A DNA stretch of 64,000 nt, taken from the NCBI GenBank assembly GCA_965237905.1, contig OZ250172.1, positions 288,001 to 352,000 on the forward strand, written 5' to 3'. Shown piece after piece: positions 9,748 through 20,221 of the stretch. Numbering within the stretch: the first letter of the stretch is position 1; each line of letters begins with the position of its first letter. Made by a program: the position numbers and the translations under genes. The stretch comes from Nitrospinaceae bacterium. GTDB lineage: Bacteria > Nitrospinota > Nitrospinia > Nitrospinales > Nitrospinaceae. A model generated the notes under the pieces. It had not been told where the DNA came from. It did no database searches and saw nothing but the letters and a program-made list of their open reading frames with translations.

Positions 9748-10596
9748 ATGAAATTGTCGATCTACATTATTACCGGATGGGTCCTCACTTTGGGCATCGT
9801 CTCACCCGTCCTGGCCGATTCGTTTGACCCGAAGGCGCGGGAGGGGGTCACCCATTACAACCGCGAGGAGTTCGATCAGGCCGCCGCAAAATTTCAGGCA
9901 TCCCAACTGGAAGCACCAGAGGACTCAGCCGTAGCGTACAATCTGGCCAACAGCCATTTCCGCTTGGGCCGCTACGAAGAGGCCGTGGAAGCTTACAAAA
10001 AAGCTCTCACCGAAAGCACTCCGCCGAATCTCAAGCAGAAATCCTGGTACAACATGGGGAATGCCTATTACCGGATGGGTTATCTGGAAGAGGCGATCGA
10101 TGCATACAAGAAAGCGCTGGAGCTGAACCCCGGAGACGTGGACAGCAAGTTCAATCTGGAATGGACGCGCCAACAATATGAGAAAGCCATCCAATCCGGA
10201 CGGATCGCTCCTCCACGCGACAAAAATCTTCTAAAGCAACAGGCCATCAGCGATCAGGCCAACAATCCTCCGGACCCTCAGGAGAAACCCGAGGAGTCTC
10301 CGGACACCAAACCCGAAGCTTCGGAGGACACGCAAACCGCCGAGAACCAGCCCCAAGACAAGACTGATTCTCCCGATAAATCCCCCCCAACTCCCGCTCC
10401 TCCCAGTGAAAAGGAAGTTGAAGCCAATACAGAAGACCAGGCTGTTCAGGACGCTCTCCGGGAAATGACTCAAATGACGCCGGAGGAAGCCGAACGCTGG
10501 CTGGGTTCTCTTTCTGAAGATCTGAAAAAAATTACCCGGCGTCAAATGCAGGGCAAAATGAAGGATATGTTTGCGGATCATGATAAAGACTGGTAA
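9748..10596 (+). CDS. batC: TPR protein BatC-like
   Basis: Signal peptide, TPRs (YNMGNAYYRMG...DSKFNLE), acidic/Pro-rich linker, MTPEEAERWL, C-terminal KDW. Confidence 0.8.
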   Translation: MKLSIYIITGWVLTLGIVSPVLADSFDPKAREGVTHYNREEFDQAAAKFQASQLEAPEDSAVAYNLANSHFRLGRYEEAVEAYKKALTESTPPNLKQKSWYNMGNAYYRMGYLEEAIDAYKKALELNPGDVDSKFNLEWTRQQYEKAIQSGRIAPPRDKNLLKQQAISDQANNPPDPQEKPEESPDTKPEASEDTQTAENQPQDKTDSPDKSPPTPAPPSEKEVEANTEDQAVQDALREMTQMTPEEAERWLGSLSEDLKKITRRQMQGKMKDMFADHDKDW

Positions 10597-12403
10597 ATCC
10601 CGCTCGCCGAAATCCCAAAAAACTTTTAGTTATACGGCCGGAGTTTTGTTGTGGATACCGGCGTTTTTCATCCTGGCAACGGGGACGGCCTGGTCGGCGG
10701 ATATCCAAGTCACGGCATCGGTCGACAAACAGGAGCTCACGCTCGAAGACAGCGTGAATTTTTCCGTCGTGGTGGAAGGAACACAAAGCGCGCCCCCACC
10801 GCAACTGCCGCCTCTTGATTCCTTCAAGGTAAGAGCCCGGGGATCCTCGTCCTCTTTTCAAATCATCAACGGCAATCGATCTTCGTCCATCACCTACAAT
10901 TTTGTCCTGCTCCCCAAGGAAACGGGAACCTTCACCATCGGCCCGGCCACGGTAAACATTGAAGGGAAACCCTATCAGACGGCGCCTATTACTCTGGTTG
11001 TCAAGGAACCTTCCGCTGTCCCGGATACATCGCGAGAGGTATTCGCGGAGATGGTGGTTTCCAATCAAAAGCCTTCTGTCCGGGAGCAGGTAACCGCGAC
11101 TCTACGAATTTATCACCGCGTGGAAATCAAAAATCTGAGGGCCGACATTCAATTCCAAGGGTTCCGCGAGGAGGCGTTGAAGGGACCCGTTCAGAATACG
11201 CGGATGGTCAACGGCATTCGTTACCTATCCTATGAAATTCCCACCGCTTTATTTCCCTTGCGATCGGGAAAGGTGGAAATTCCAGCCACCATCATCGAGC
11301 TTGACCAAGTCGACCGGTCGCGGGGCGTCCAACCCTCGGACCGGTTCGATCCCTTCGGCCAAGGATCGATCTTCAATAATTTTGGCCGGTTGCAACATAA
11401 AACACTGAGAACGAAAGCGATCACTCTCCACATCCAGCCCTTGCCGCAAAAGAATCGTCCCGAAAACTTTTCCAATCTGGTGGGAGATTTTATTATCTCC
11501 GCCCAGCTGAGCCGTGCGGAGGTCGAGGTAGGCGACACCACCACCTTAACGGTGACCGTTGCCGGGCAAGGCAACGTCAAAGACCTTTCTCTGCCGTCAC
11601 CCCAGTGGGGAGATAATTTTAAAGTTTACGAAGATCAATCCGAATACCGGCAGACCACCGGGGCACGGACTGTTTCAGGAGAGAAGGTCTATACCTATGC
11701 TCTGGTCCCGCTGAAACCAGGTGAATTGCAGATCCCCGCTATTCCTCTGAGTTATTTCGATCCGACGAAAGGTGATTACGTATCTATTCAAACGCAAGCT
11801 CTACCCCTTACGGTGTCACCCGGAAAAGACGATCCCAAATTAAAAGTGGTCGAATCCAATTCGAATACCACGGGCAGGACCGGGGATTCGATTCGGAAGA
11901 TCGGGGAAGATATTCTGCCGATCCATACCGGACCAGAAATTTTTGAGAATCAAAACTTTGCCAGCGGGTCAGGAATATTGTATGGAATTGGATTGCTATT
12001 ACCCGCCGGACTATTTCTCATCACCAGTGGAATCTACAAACGCCAGCAACGCCTGAAATACGATATCGCCTTTTCCAGAAGTCACGGCGCTTACAAGCAG
12101 GCGCAAAAAAAACTGCACGCTCTTTCGCCGGACAGCGATTCCCGGGAAATCGCTCGAGAGTTATCGTTGATTGTCCGCGAATACCTGGGCAATATTTTGA
12201 ATCTTCAGGGAACAGCGATCACTGCCACCGAAGTGGAAGCAAAGTTGGTGAAGGGGGATTTCAGTGCGGAAGAAATTCAGGCGACCCGAGAGCTTTTGGA
12301 GAAACATGAAACGCTTCAATACGCGCCGACGGCGGACAACCCGTCTGAGGAGTTGATTCAGGATGCGAGGAGCCTTTTGGACCGGTTGGAGAAGAAATCG
12401 TGA
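10580..12403 (+). CDS. batD: BatD family protein
   Basis: Signal peptide, SSSFQIINGN, GTFTIGPA, VGDF, GQGN, YFDP, C-terminal TM. Confidence 0.88.
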   Translation: MIKTGKSRSPKSQKTFSYTAGVLLWIPAFFILATGTAWSADIQVTASVDKQELTLEDSVNFSVVVEGTQSAPPPQLPPLDSFKVRARGSSSSFQIINGNRSSSITYNFVLLPKETGTFTIGPATVNIEGKPYQTAPITLVVKEPSAVPDTSREVFAEMVVSNQKPSVREQVTATLRIYHRVEIKNLRADIQFQGFREEALKGPVQNTRMVNGIRYLSYEIPTALFPLRSGKVEIPATIIELDQVDRSRGVQPSDRFDPFGQGSIFNNFGRLQHKTLRTKAITLHIQPLPQKNRPENFSNLVGDFIISAQLSRAEVEVGDTTTLTVTVAGQGNVKDLSLPSPQWGDNFKVYEDQSEYRQTTGARTVSGEKVYTYALVPLKPGELQIPAIPLSYFDPTKGDYVSIQTQALPLTVSPGKDDPKLKVVESNSNTTGRTGDSIRKIGEDILPIHTGPEIFENQNFASGSGILYGIGLLLPAGLFLITSGIYKRQQRLKYDIAFSRSHGAYKQAQKKLHALSPDSDSREIARELSLIVREYLGNILNLQGTAITATEVEAKLVKGDFSAEEIQATRELLEKHETLQYAPTADNPSEELIQDARSLLDRLEKKS

Positions 12404-13155
12404 CGACCCGAACTCTGAGCTTTAAAATATTTATTTTCTGGGTGGGAGCCATCCTTTTACCCGCCACGGTTTGGGGTCAGGTCTCTACCCAGATAAGTCA
12501 GGCGAACCAGTTGTACAACCAAAACCAGTTCCGCGAAGCGGCGGAAATTTATGAACGGGTGGCCGCCGGTGGCATGGAGAACGGACATCTGTACTACAAC
12601 TTGGGAAACAGCTACTTCCGGATGGGAAACCTTCCGGAGGCAATCCTTAACTACATCAAAGCCCAAAACCTTTTACCGCGCAACGAAGATGTCGAAGCCA
12701 ATCTGGAGTATGCGATCCGGCAAACGGTGGACCAACTGGATGGACGAAAACCGCATGTCCTGCAATCGGTTTTGTTCTGGGTCCGCGATTTCAATTTGAG
12801 CGAACACAGGATGGCTTTGTTTTGGATCAACCTGGCTTTTTGGGTTGCAATGGCCGTTCGGTTGCGCCGTCAGACCCCGGCCACCCGGTCGGCCGAAAAT
12901 ATCCTGCTGGCCTTCCTGATATTGGCTCTGGTCTCAACCGGTTCTCGATGGCATCAGGAAACCCATCAATCCACTGGGATCATCCTGCCCCAGCAAATCG
13001 ACGTGCATTCAGGATGGAATGCCACCACGGTGGCCTTATTCCAACTGCATCAGGGAACTCTCGTTTCTATCTCACAAGAAAAAGAGAACTGGTATGAGAT
13101 AGAATTGCCCGACGGAAAAAAAGGCTGGACCCTAAAATCCAATATCGCAGGATGA
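12400..13155 (+). CDS. batE: BatE-like TPR plus SH3 domain protein
   Basis: LYYNLGNSYFR TPR, two TMs, LHQGT..WYEIELPDGKKGW SH3-like C-terminus. Confidence 0.85.
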   Translation: MTTRTLSFKIFIFWVGAILLPATVWGQVSTQISQANQLYNQNQFREAAEIYERVAAGGMENGHLYYNLGNSYFRMGNLPEAILNYIKAQNLLPRNEDVEANLEYAIRQTVDQLDGRKPHVLQSVLFWVRDFNLSEHRMALFWINLAFWVAMAVRLRRQTPATRSAENILLAFLILALVSTGSRWHQETHQSTGIILPQQIDVHSGWNATTVALFQLHQGTLVSISQEKENWYEIELPDGKKGWTLKSNIAG

Positions 13156-13168
13156 GGCGGAACAAAAC

Positions 13169-13591
13169 CTAATGATGATCCGCCTCGACTCCGGCAATAA
13201 AACCTCGGATTTGGGCTTTCTGTGCAGACGAACCCTTGTCAAAAATATTGAGAAGTTTCATAACAGTTTTACGGAAATCCTTGTCCTGCATCCATGCCAT
13301 CAAACCGCTGACAGCTAAGGATTCTGCTTGAAATCTCTCCTCTTTACTGACCATGGATCCTTCACCCGTCAAAAGCCAATAAAGGTTCATATCTGTCTTT
13401 TGACAAAGACCGGTCAATGTGGTGGCCGAAGGCAGGGACTTGTCATTTTCCAGATCCGATAAAGAACCCTGCGACACGTGAACAAGGGCAGCCACATCGA
13501 CTAACCTCAATCTTGAAACTTTTCTCCAATACTTCAACCGCCCTCCAACGGTTGCCGGGGATCCCGACGAATTTTTACTTTGACTGTGCAT
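13169..13591 (-). CDS. XRE family HTH transcriptional regulator
   Basis: VGGRLKYWR...VSQGSLSDLENDKSLPS...WLLTGEG. Confidence 0.88.
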   Translation of the reverse strand: MHSQSKNSSGSPATVGGRLKYWRKVSRLRLVDVAALVHVSQGSLSDLENDKSLPSATTLTGLCQKTDMNLYWLLTGEGSMVSKEERFQAESLAVSGLMAWMQDKDFRKTVMKLLNIFDKGSSAQKAQIRGFIAGVEADHH

Positions 13592-13755
13592 GATAACCTC
13601 TCTAATTATTGTTGGTTACATGCTCTTAAGATAGAAGATGTACATTAACAACTGATTAAGACAATGCCACAGTTGTGTAACGTTTTTCGGGATGAGTTAC
13701 TTATTCAGGGGGAAATACGCTAATCAGATATCCTCAGGCCCAATAAAACTCAGGG

Positions 13756-14463
13756 TTATTCCTGAAACCGATAGCCCACGCCACGGACGGTCTCAATATA
13801 GCGGCCGGCTTCTTTCAGCTTGGTCCGTAATCTCTGGATATGGGTATCAATCGTGCGGGAGAAAACGCCGTCTCCATGTTCCCAGATATGCTCCAGGAGA
13901 TATTCCCGGGTTTTTACCTGCCCAACAGATTCGAGCAAAGAGGACAAAAGCTTAAATTCCGTGAGTGTGAGTTGAATGGGCTGGCCCTTCACAGTCACTT
14001 CGTGTTTGAGGAAGTCCACGGTAAGATCGTCCCGCGTGAACCCTTCGGTGGCATCTCCCTCTTTGTAAACGCGTTTCAAAACATTGTTGATACGTAAAAT
14101 CAACTCCTGTGTGTTGAACGGTTTGGTCACATAATCGTCGGCCCCGAACTCCAGCCCCAACACACGGTCAATTTCCTCGCTCCGCGCAGACAACATAATG
14201 ATGGGAATTCCCCGGGTATTTTTATCTGCTTTCAGGGAGCGGCAAATTTCCAGCCCGCTTAACCCGGGAAGGTTAATATCCAGCACCACCAAATCCGGCT
14301 TTTGAGTGCGTACGATATTTAAGGCTGTCTCCCCTTCGCCGGCAGTAAAAACTTCAAAAGGCTCATCCCTAAACTGAGACTGCAAAAGGCCCAGGATATC
14401 CGGGTCGTCATCGACCAGCAACAGGGAGTAACGTTGACTTTTCTGAGAAGGATTTGCCGTCAT
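13756..14463 (-). CDS. OmpR/PhoB family response regulator (no kinase in window)
   Basis: LLVDDD, VLDINLPG, GADDYVTKPF, RTIDTHIQRLR, IETVRGVGY. Confidence 0.93.
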   Translation of the reverse strand: MTANPSQKSQRYSLLLVDDDPDILGLLQSQFRDEPFEVFTAGEGETALNIVRTQKPDLVVLDINLPGLSGLEICRSLKADKNTRGIPIIMLSARSEEIDRVLGLEFGADDYVTKPFNTQELILRINNVLKRVYKEGDATEGFTRDDLTVDFLKHEVTVKGQPIQLTLTEFKLLSSLLESVGQVKTREYLLEHIWEHGDGVFSRTIDTHIQRLRTKLKEAGRYIETVRGVGYRFQE

Positions 14464-14511
14464 GATTTTTTCGTCCTTGATAATACAATTACAGGAACCC
14501 TTACATCCATT

Positions 14512-15171
14512 CTAAACGGATAATAGACCCTGGACACGTAAAAAATCCAAACAATCGTCAAGAATCCAGTCCAGATGCGAAAGCAATCCATGGTCCGAAT
14601 CCACCTCTTTCAAGCTGGTCCAAGGGTGATTCCGGGCAAAATTCCGGGATTCTTCAATATCCACGGTATCATCGTGGATGCCATGGACAATTCGGGTGGG
14701 CACGGACCTCTTGTATTTGACCGCCTCCCATTTTTCCGCATCCTCAAAAATGCCCAAGTCCAACTCCATAGTTTTATTGTAACGGTAATTAAAAACCCGA
14801 ATCAACCCTGCCCCACCTTCTTTCTGAATTTCCTCCGATATTGCCGACCGCCACCTCTTCATAAAGTTGAACCCCGGACACATCAGGTACGCCCCCTTCA
14901 CTTCGGGTCGAATTTGGGCTGTTAAAGCGGCCAGATATCCTCCCATACTGCTTCCGATGAGGGCAAAGGAGGCTTCCGCAAAAGAATCCAGAGTTTTCTC
15001 TATAATCCGGAGTTGCCGGGAGATCGTCAGATGCTTGAAATCGCCGCCTTCCAGGTCCGGAACCACCAATGGCAACCCCAACTCGGCAAACCGCTGGGTA
15101 AATGCCGTGGCCTTTTGAGATTGGGGACTGGAAGCAAAACCGTGGAAATAAACGAATACAGTCTTATCCAT
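14512..15171 (-). CDS. YqiA/UPF0227 family alpha/beta-fold esterase
   Basis: YFHGFASSPQS, GSSMGG nucleophile elbow, HGIHDD, SDH. Confidence 0.88.
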   Translation of the reverse strand: MDKTVFVYFHGFASSPQSQKATAFTQRFAELGLPLVVPDLEGGDFKHLTISRQLRIIEKTLDSFAEASFALIGSSMGGYLAALTAQIRPEVKGAYLMCPGFNFMKRWRSAISEEIQKEGGAGLIRVFNYRYNKTMELDLGIFEDAEKWEAVKYKRSVPTRIVHGIHDDTVDIEESRNFARNHPWTSLKEVDSDHGLLSHLDWILDDCLDFLRVQGLLSV

Positions 15172-15245
15172 ATGCAAACTAATTCAACCTGTAAAGACAG
15201 AAGTAAATTTTACTAAAGAGGGCTGTCAAAGAAAACCACCTATTA

Positions 15246-16517
15246 TCAGGAATTATTTTTCCAGTTATTTTCATGTTCCAGACCCTGAACTGTTGCCTTC
15301 ATGAATCGGAGAAGAGCCAAGCCGGGCAAAGCCGCCAGAAAAGTTATGAAGAAGAAAACGATCCATCCCACTTCCTCGACAAGAAATCCGGATGGCGGCC
15401 CCACAAATACCCTCCCAATGGAAGCCAATGCAGAGAACAGAGCAAACTGGGTGGCTGTAAAACGATGATCGCAAAGCGTCATTAAAAATCCGACAAAAGC
15501 CGCTGTACCCATACCCCCGGCCAGGTTTTCAAACGCCACAGCGCAGACCATCATCGGGTAACTTTTCCCGAGAGAAGCAAGCACCATAAATGAGAGATTG
15601 GAAACCGCCTGAAGAATTCCAAAGATCATCATAGACCGGTACAAACCCCAACGGGACATCAGCGCGCCACCGAAAAGCGCACCAATTATTGTTGCCGCAA
15701 GCCCCATTCCCTTGTTTATCGTCCCGACTTCTCCAACCGAAAATTCAACACCGCGAATTAAAAATGCCGTCGTCAGAGTCCCGGCGAAAGCATCTCCCAG
15801 TTTATACAGAATAATTAATGCCAGAAAAACCCAGGCACCCTTGCGTGAGAAAAATTCCTTGAACGGTCCTCCAACCGCTTCTTCCATTGTTCTCGGAGGA
15901 ATTACCTTTTCTTCTGGTTCGAGTCCCCAAAGGGTGGCCAGCATGCCGATCGCCATGAGCCCCGCCATGAGCATGTACGTCAAACGCCATCCCAGATATT
16001 CGGATAAAATCAACGCCATAGCTCCCGATACCAACATCGCGATCCGGTATCCGGTGACATACACCGCAGCGCCCAGACCTCGCTCCCGTTCATGCAGGAC
16101 ATCAGTCCTGTAGGCGTCGATGACTATGTCCTGAGAGGCCGAGGTAAACGAAATCATCAGTGCCAGAATCGCAACCATCAAGGGCGCATTTAAAGGAGAA
16201 GATACACTCATCGCCGCTATCAAGATCATCAGTCCAATCTGGAAAATGAGAATCCATCCTCTCCTGCGACCCAAAAACGGGATAGAAAACCGATCCACAA
16301 AGGGTGACCACACAAACTTGAGGGTGTAGGGCAGTCCGACCAGACTAAAGATGCCTATGGTCTTTAAACTGACCCCTTCCACAGTCATCCAGGCTTGGAG
16401 AGTCCCACCGGTAAGGGCCAGAGGTAAACCCGAAGCAAAACCCAACAGGGAAACGACTCCAATTCGGCGGTTGCAAAGAGATTTGAAGGTGGCTGTGACA
16501 GACTCATTTTTGAACAT
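15246..16517 (-). CDS. ampG: AmpG muropeptide MFS permease
   Basis: LLGFASGLP, KFVWSPFVDR, GRRRGW, SASQDIVIDAYR, TATQFAL. Start uncertain; ORF is open to 16625. Confidence 0.92.
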   Translation of the reverse strand: MFKNESVTATFKSLCNRRIGVVSLLGFASGLPLALTGGTLQAWMTVEGVSLKTIGIFSLVGLPYTLKFVWSPFVDRFSIPFLGRRRGWILIFQIGLMILIAAMSVSSPLNAPLMVAILALMISFTSASQDIVIDAYRTDVLHERERGLGAAVYVTGYRIAMLVSGAMALILSEYLGWRLTYMLMAGLMAIGMLATLWGLEPEEKVIPPRTMEEAVGGPFKEFFSRKGAWVFLALIILYKLGDAFAGTLTTAFLIRGVEFSVGEVGTINKGMGLAATIIGALFGGALMSRWGLYRSMMIFGILQAVSNLSFMVLASLGKSYPMMVCAVAFENLAGGMGTAAFVGFLMTLCDHRFTATQFALFSALASIGRVFVGPPSGFLVEEVGWIVFFFITFLAALPGLALLRFMKATVQGLEHENNWKNNS

Positions 16518-16798
16518 GTAATTTCCGTTGAGCGTTTCAGATTCAGGATGAGGTGAGGCGTTTCCCTGATCCGGCCTCATCTCGATCGGGCGGGAGCAGT
16601 CCCTTGGGAACCGCAGACGGATCATTTGTTACTTTAAAATTATAGTACTTTAAAATACCTTTGCCGACACAAAAATCGCCGTGAGGAAAAAATTATGGGG
16701 TATCGATTTCGAACAAAATTATAGGGTTTTCCCAAAACAAACCCTTATAATTGATGTAGCGACGATTATACTTATCTTGACTGTTTCACCGGAAATTT

Positions 16799-18880
16799 AT
16801 GAACGACTCTAAAACAAAAATTTCCAACACGCTGTTCAATAACCGGCAGTTATTCCTGCGTTACAATCAGTCCAAAATCAACCGCATTCTGGAAACGCTT
16901 TCCTCGACCGACCGTTTGGTTTTCACTCTCATTCCCCGGTTACTGCATATCAATCAAAAAGGTCTTCCCGGCTACATTCAGGATGATGTCCCCTGCGGAA
17001 TCCATAATTTTAAAATCAATCAGGAATATCAAATCGCGGCGGAGCGCCTGTTCCCGAACATCATTTTGAGAGGCGGCGAAAACCATTCTTCCTTTATCGA
17101 CACAGTGTTGCTGATGGGAAGCACTGGGTCCATGGCCCAAAGTCAAAAATCCGATCTGGACTTTACCCTGCTCGTCGATAAGCATAGCGTCTCTCCCGAA
17201 AGACTGGATTTATTCGATAAAAAACTGAAGTTGATTGAAGAGTGGACCTGGAATACCTTCAACCTTGAAATCCATTTTTTCAATAACGACATCCTCGACG
17301 TCAAAAATAACATCTTCGGAGAAAGCGATTCCGAAAGCACCGGCTCCGCCCAGGCGAAATTGTTAAAAGAGGAAATGTATCGTACTGCCGTTATTACCGG
17401 CGGCAAAATTCCCTTCTGGTGGATCGTGCCTCTCGATACGGACGATCGCATGTACAGAAACCTGTATCATCTGGTCAAAACCAATCAAACTCTTTTGAAC
17501 CCGGACGATTTTCTGGATATCGGCAATGTGGATGACATCTCTCAAGGTGAATTCTTTGGCGGGTCGATATGGGCCTTGATCAAATCGTTTAAGGCACCCT
17601 TCAAAACTCTTATTAAGATGAGCCTGCTGGAAGAGTACATGTTCAACAATACGAAATCCAACCTGCTCTGCCATGATATTAAGAAGAAAATATTCAGCGG
17701 CGTTCCTTATGAAAAAATTGATACCTATAAAAACCTGTTCGAAAGGGTGGAAAAATATTTTCTTGCCACCAAGACGGAACGTGAGGTAGACGCTCTTCGC
17801 ATCGCTTTTTATTTAAAGACAGGGTCTAAAGTCAATAATTATGAACTGATTCATGGAAGTACGGACCTCAATAAAAAAATGCTGATCGAACTGATTAATC
17901 GTTGGGATTGGAGTCCGGGAAGAGTGGAAAAACTCAATTCGTATCTGAATTGGCAAATGATGAAAAAAGTGGCTCTGGGAAATCGTATGAACCAGATATT
18001 GATGAACTCCTACAAAAAAATCTCAGAGGCTAATTCCAAGCTGGGACCTGGGAAAAGCCTGATTACCGAAAGGGACACTCATCTTCTGGGACGCAAACTA
18101 TTCAGTTTTTACCGCAAAGCCCTCAACAAAGTGGAGAACCTCTTTGCACTGGTCGACGGAGAAACCAGCGAAATGGAACTGACATTTTTGCTGCATCAGA
18201 CCAATCCGACGGATAAGGGAACCTGGTATCTCATCCGCGGCAAAACCCTGGCCCTGCTGGAGCTGATCCCTCCGGACAATATCATTAAAAAAGCTTCCAC
18301 ATTGCAGTTTCTGATTGCATTCACCTGTTTCAACAACCTATACAACAATGACACCGTCCTGTTATTGCGGGCCGAGCAACAATCGATTAAAGATCAGGAT
18401 CTGAAAACTCTCTTAGGTAACCTGTCCAGCTTTCTGGCGCAGGTTAATATCGCCGATATCTCGAACGAAGATTTATTGGCCACTGCCCGCATCAAACAGG
18501 CTTTTGTCATTGTCGACTTTGGCAATCCCATCCCCAGGGAAATCACTATAGGAAATATCAATGACTGCACAACCAATAAGGAATACTCCAACTATATCAC
18601 CAAGCGCCTGGAGCGGGTTCAAAGTGTGGTCATCATATACCTTACATCCTGGGGGGAGTTGTTCTGCAAAACGTATTCGGGTATAAATTGTATGGGGCGG
18701 AGCCTTAAAGATCTTCGGCCTCAAACGTCCGGCGAAGTGTTGGATAACCCCGATTATTTGAAAGTATTTGTACCTGGGAGCCGTAGAGATTCCATGAACC
18801 TTTTCTGGCTGAACACCTATATCTTGAAATTCTTAGAGTCGGGCATTTCAAAAAGAGAAGCTTCACCTTCATCGAAGTAA
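16799..18880 (+). CDS. cyaA: Class I adenylate cyclase
   Basis: MGSTGSMAQSQKSDLD nucleotidyltransferase motif, ESTGSAQAKLLKEEMYRT, GKIPFWW, EFFGGSIW. Confidence 0.88.
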   Translation: MNDSKTKISNTLFNNRQLFLRYNQSKINRILETLSSTDRLVFTLIPRLLHINQKGLPGYIQDDVPCGIHNFKINQEYQIAAERLFPNIILRGGENHSSFIDTVLLMGSTGSMAQSQKSDLDFTLLVDKHSVSPERLDLFDKKLKLIEEWTWNTFNLEIHFFNNDILDVKNNIFGESDSESTGSAQAKLLKEEMYRTAVITGGKIPFWWIVPLDTDDRMYRNLYHLVKTNQTLLNPDDFLDIGNVDDISQGEFFGGSIWALIKSFKAPFKTLIKMSLLEEYMFNNTKSNLLCHDIKKKIFSGVPYEKIDTYKNLFERVEKYFLATKTEREVDALRIAFYLKTGSKVNNYELIHGSTDLNKKMLIELINRWDWSPGRVEKLNSYLNWQMMKKVALGNRMNQILMNSYKKISEANSKLGPGKSLITERDTHLLGRKLFSFYRKALNKVENLFALVDGETSEMELTFLLHQTNPTDKGTWYLIRGKTLALLELIPPDNIIKKASTLQFLIAFTCFNNLYNNDTVLLLRAEQQSIKDQDLKTLLGNLSSFLAQVNIADISNEDLLATARIKQAFVIVDFGNPIPREITIGNINDCTTNKEYSNYITKRLERVQSVVIIYLTSWGELFCKTYSGINCMGRSLKDLRPQTSGEVLDNPDYLKVFVPGSRRDSMNLFWLNTYILKFLESGISKREASPSSK

Positions 18881-18956
18881 ATCATGGCGATGACATCCGC
18901 CACTCAAACAGCTGTATAAATATGAGCGCCTCTCTGTTATCGGATCGGAAAATCTA

Positions 18957-19808
18957 ATGTCAAATATTGATGAGATTCTTGCCCTCACAGTAAACAGCAA
19001 TATTCAAGATGGCGTTAATTTCAAATCCTATGATCTCAGCGGCATCAGCCTGAATGGAATATCGTTTATATTTTCCGTTTTTACGGAATCCAATTTTAAC
19101 CAGTCCGAGCTGGTTGACATTAATTTTTCCCAAGCGAATCTAAAGAACACCCGTTTTAAAAACGCAAAAATAAAAAACGTCAACTTTACTTCCGCCAACC
19201 TGGAAAACGCAAATTTCGAAGACGCCACTCTGATCAATTGTATTTTTAAAAACGCCAAACTTGAAAATGCGAATTTTGCCTCGGCGCAGATCAAGGGGTG
19301 TCAACTGCGAGGCTGTAATTTGAACCGCGGTAATCTTTCATCAGCAAAAATCCAGAACAGCGATCTGAGTTTTGCCCGATTGATGTACGCCTATGCCAAA
19401 TCCATCGACATCTCCGGTTCCCGCTTAAATGGCATCAATGCCCGGGGCTCTGATTTTGGGTTTTCTAAAATCAGCAACTCCGATCTCCGGGGAGCCATCT
19501 TAAAATACTCCGATTTCAACTCCTGCACGTTCAAGGGAGTCAAACTCTCGCACGCGGAAATGGTGGGGTGCGAATTGAAGGATTCCTTCTGTAAAGGAAC
19601 GGAAATGGAAGAAATCAACCTGGAAGGAGCCGACCTGACGTACGCCAATCTGGAAGAAGCCAATCTGAAAAACGCTTTTCTCCTCGAAGCCAATCTCCAC
19701 GGCACCAACTTCAGCAAAGCCAACCTCAAGGATGCCTATCTGGTGGACGCCAATATTTCGAAGGCTCTGCTCAAGGAAGCTATTTTGGATAACACGATCC
19801 TGGAGTAG
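18957..19808 (+). CDS. Pentapeptide repeat protein
   Basis: Near-continuous A(N/D)(L/F)xx repeats. Confidence 0.92.
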   Translation: MSNIDEILALTVNSNIQDGVNFKSYDLSGISLNGISFIFSVFTESNFNQSELVDINFSQANLKNTRFKNAKIKNVNFTSANLENANFEDATLINCIFKNAKLENANFASAQIKGCQLRGCNLNRGNLSSAKIQNSDLSFARLMYAYAKSIDISGSRLNGINARGSDFGFSKISNSDLRGAILKYSDFNSCTFKGVKLSHAEMVGCELKDSFCKGTEMEEINLEGADLTYANLEEANLKNAFLLEANLHGTNFSKANLKDAYLVDANISKALLKEAILDNTILE

Positions 19809-19849
19809 AATGCTCTGGAAATTCTTTATCCTCCCAATAAGGCCGACCC

Positions 19850-20221
19850 ATGGCGGTATTTTTTCTAATATTACACTCTGCAGTGATTTTATTCGTGGTG
19901 ATCGGATTTCCAGTCGCGTTGATCACGAACCACCGTTGGTTTCGTCTGATCCATGCCGGGGTCCTCGTCTTCATCACCCTGCTGATGATCCTGCAAATTC
20001 CCTGTCCTCTCACCGTTCTTGAAGAAGCCTCGACAGGAGAATCTTATGAAGGTTCCTTTCTCGCCACCTGGTTGAACCGAATCATTTATATGGAATGGTT
20101 CACTCCCCGCGCGGTTTTTATCGTTGATATGATTTTCGCGGCGCTGGTCTTTTCTTCTTTTTGGTGGCGGCCTCTGAAAAGAAAATCATCTGGTGAGTAT
20201 AAGATCACTTTAGAGAAGTGA
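19850..20221 (+). CDS. DUF2784 family small membrane protein
   Basis: FRLIHAG ... PCPLTVLE ... SFLATWLNRIIY. Confidence 0.8.
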   Translation: MAVFFLILHSAVILFVVIGFPVALITNHRWFRLIHAGVLVFITLLMILQIPCPLTVLEEASTGESYEGSFLATWLNRIIYMEWFTPRAVFIVDMIFAALVFSSFWWRPLKRKSSGEYKITLEK

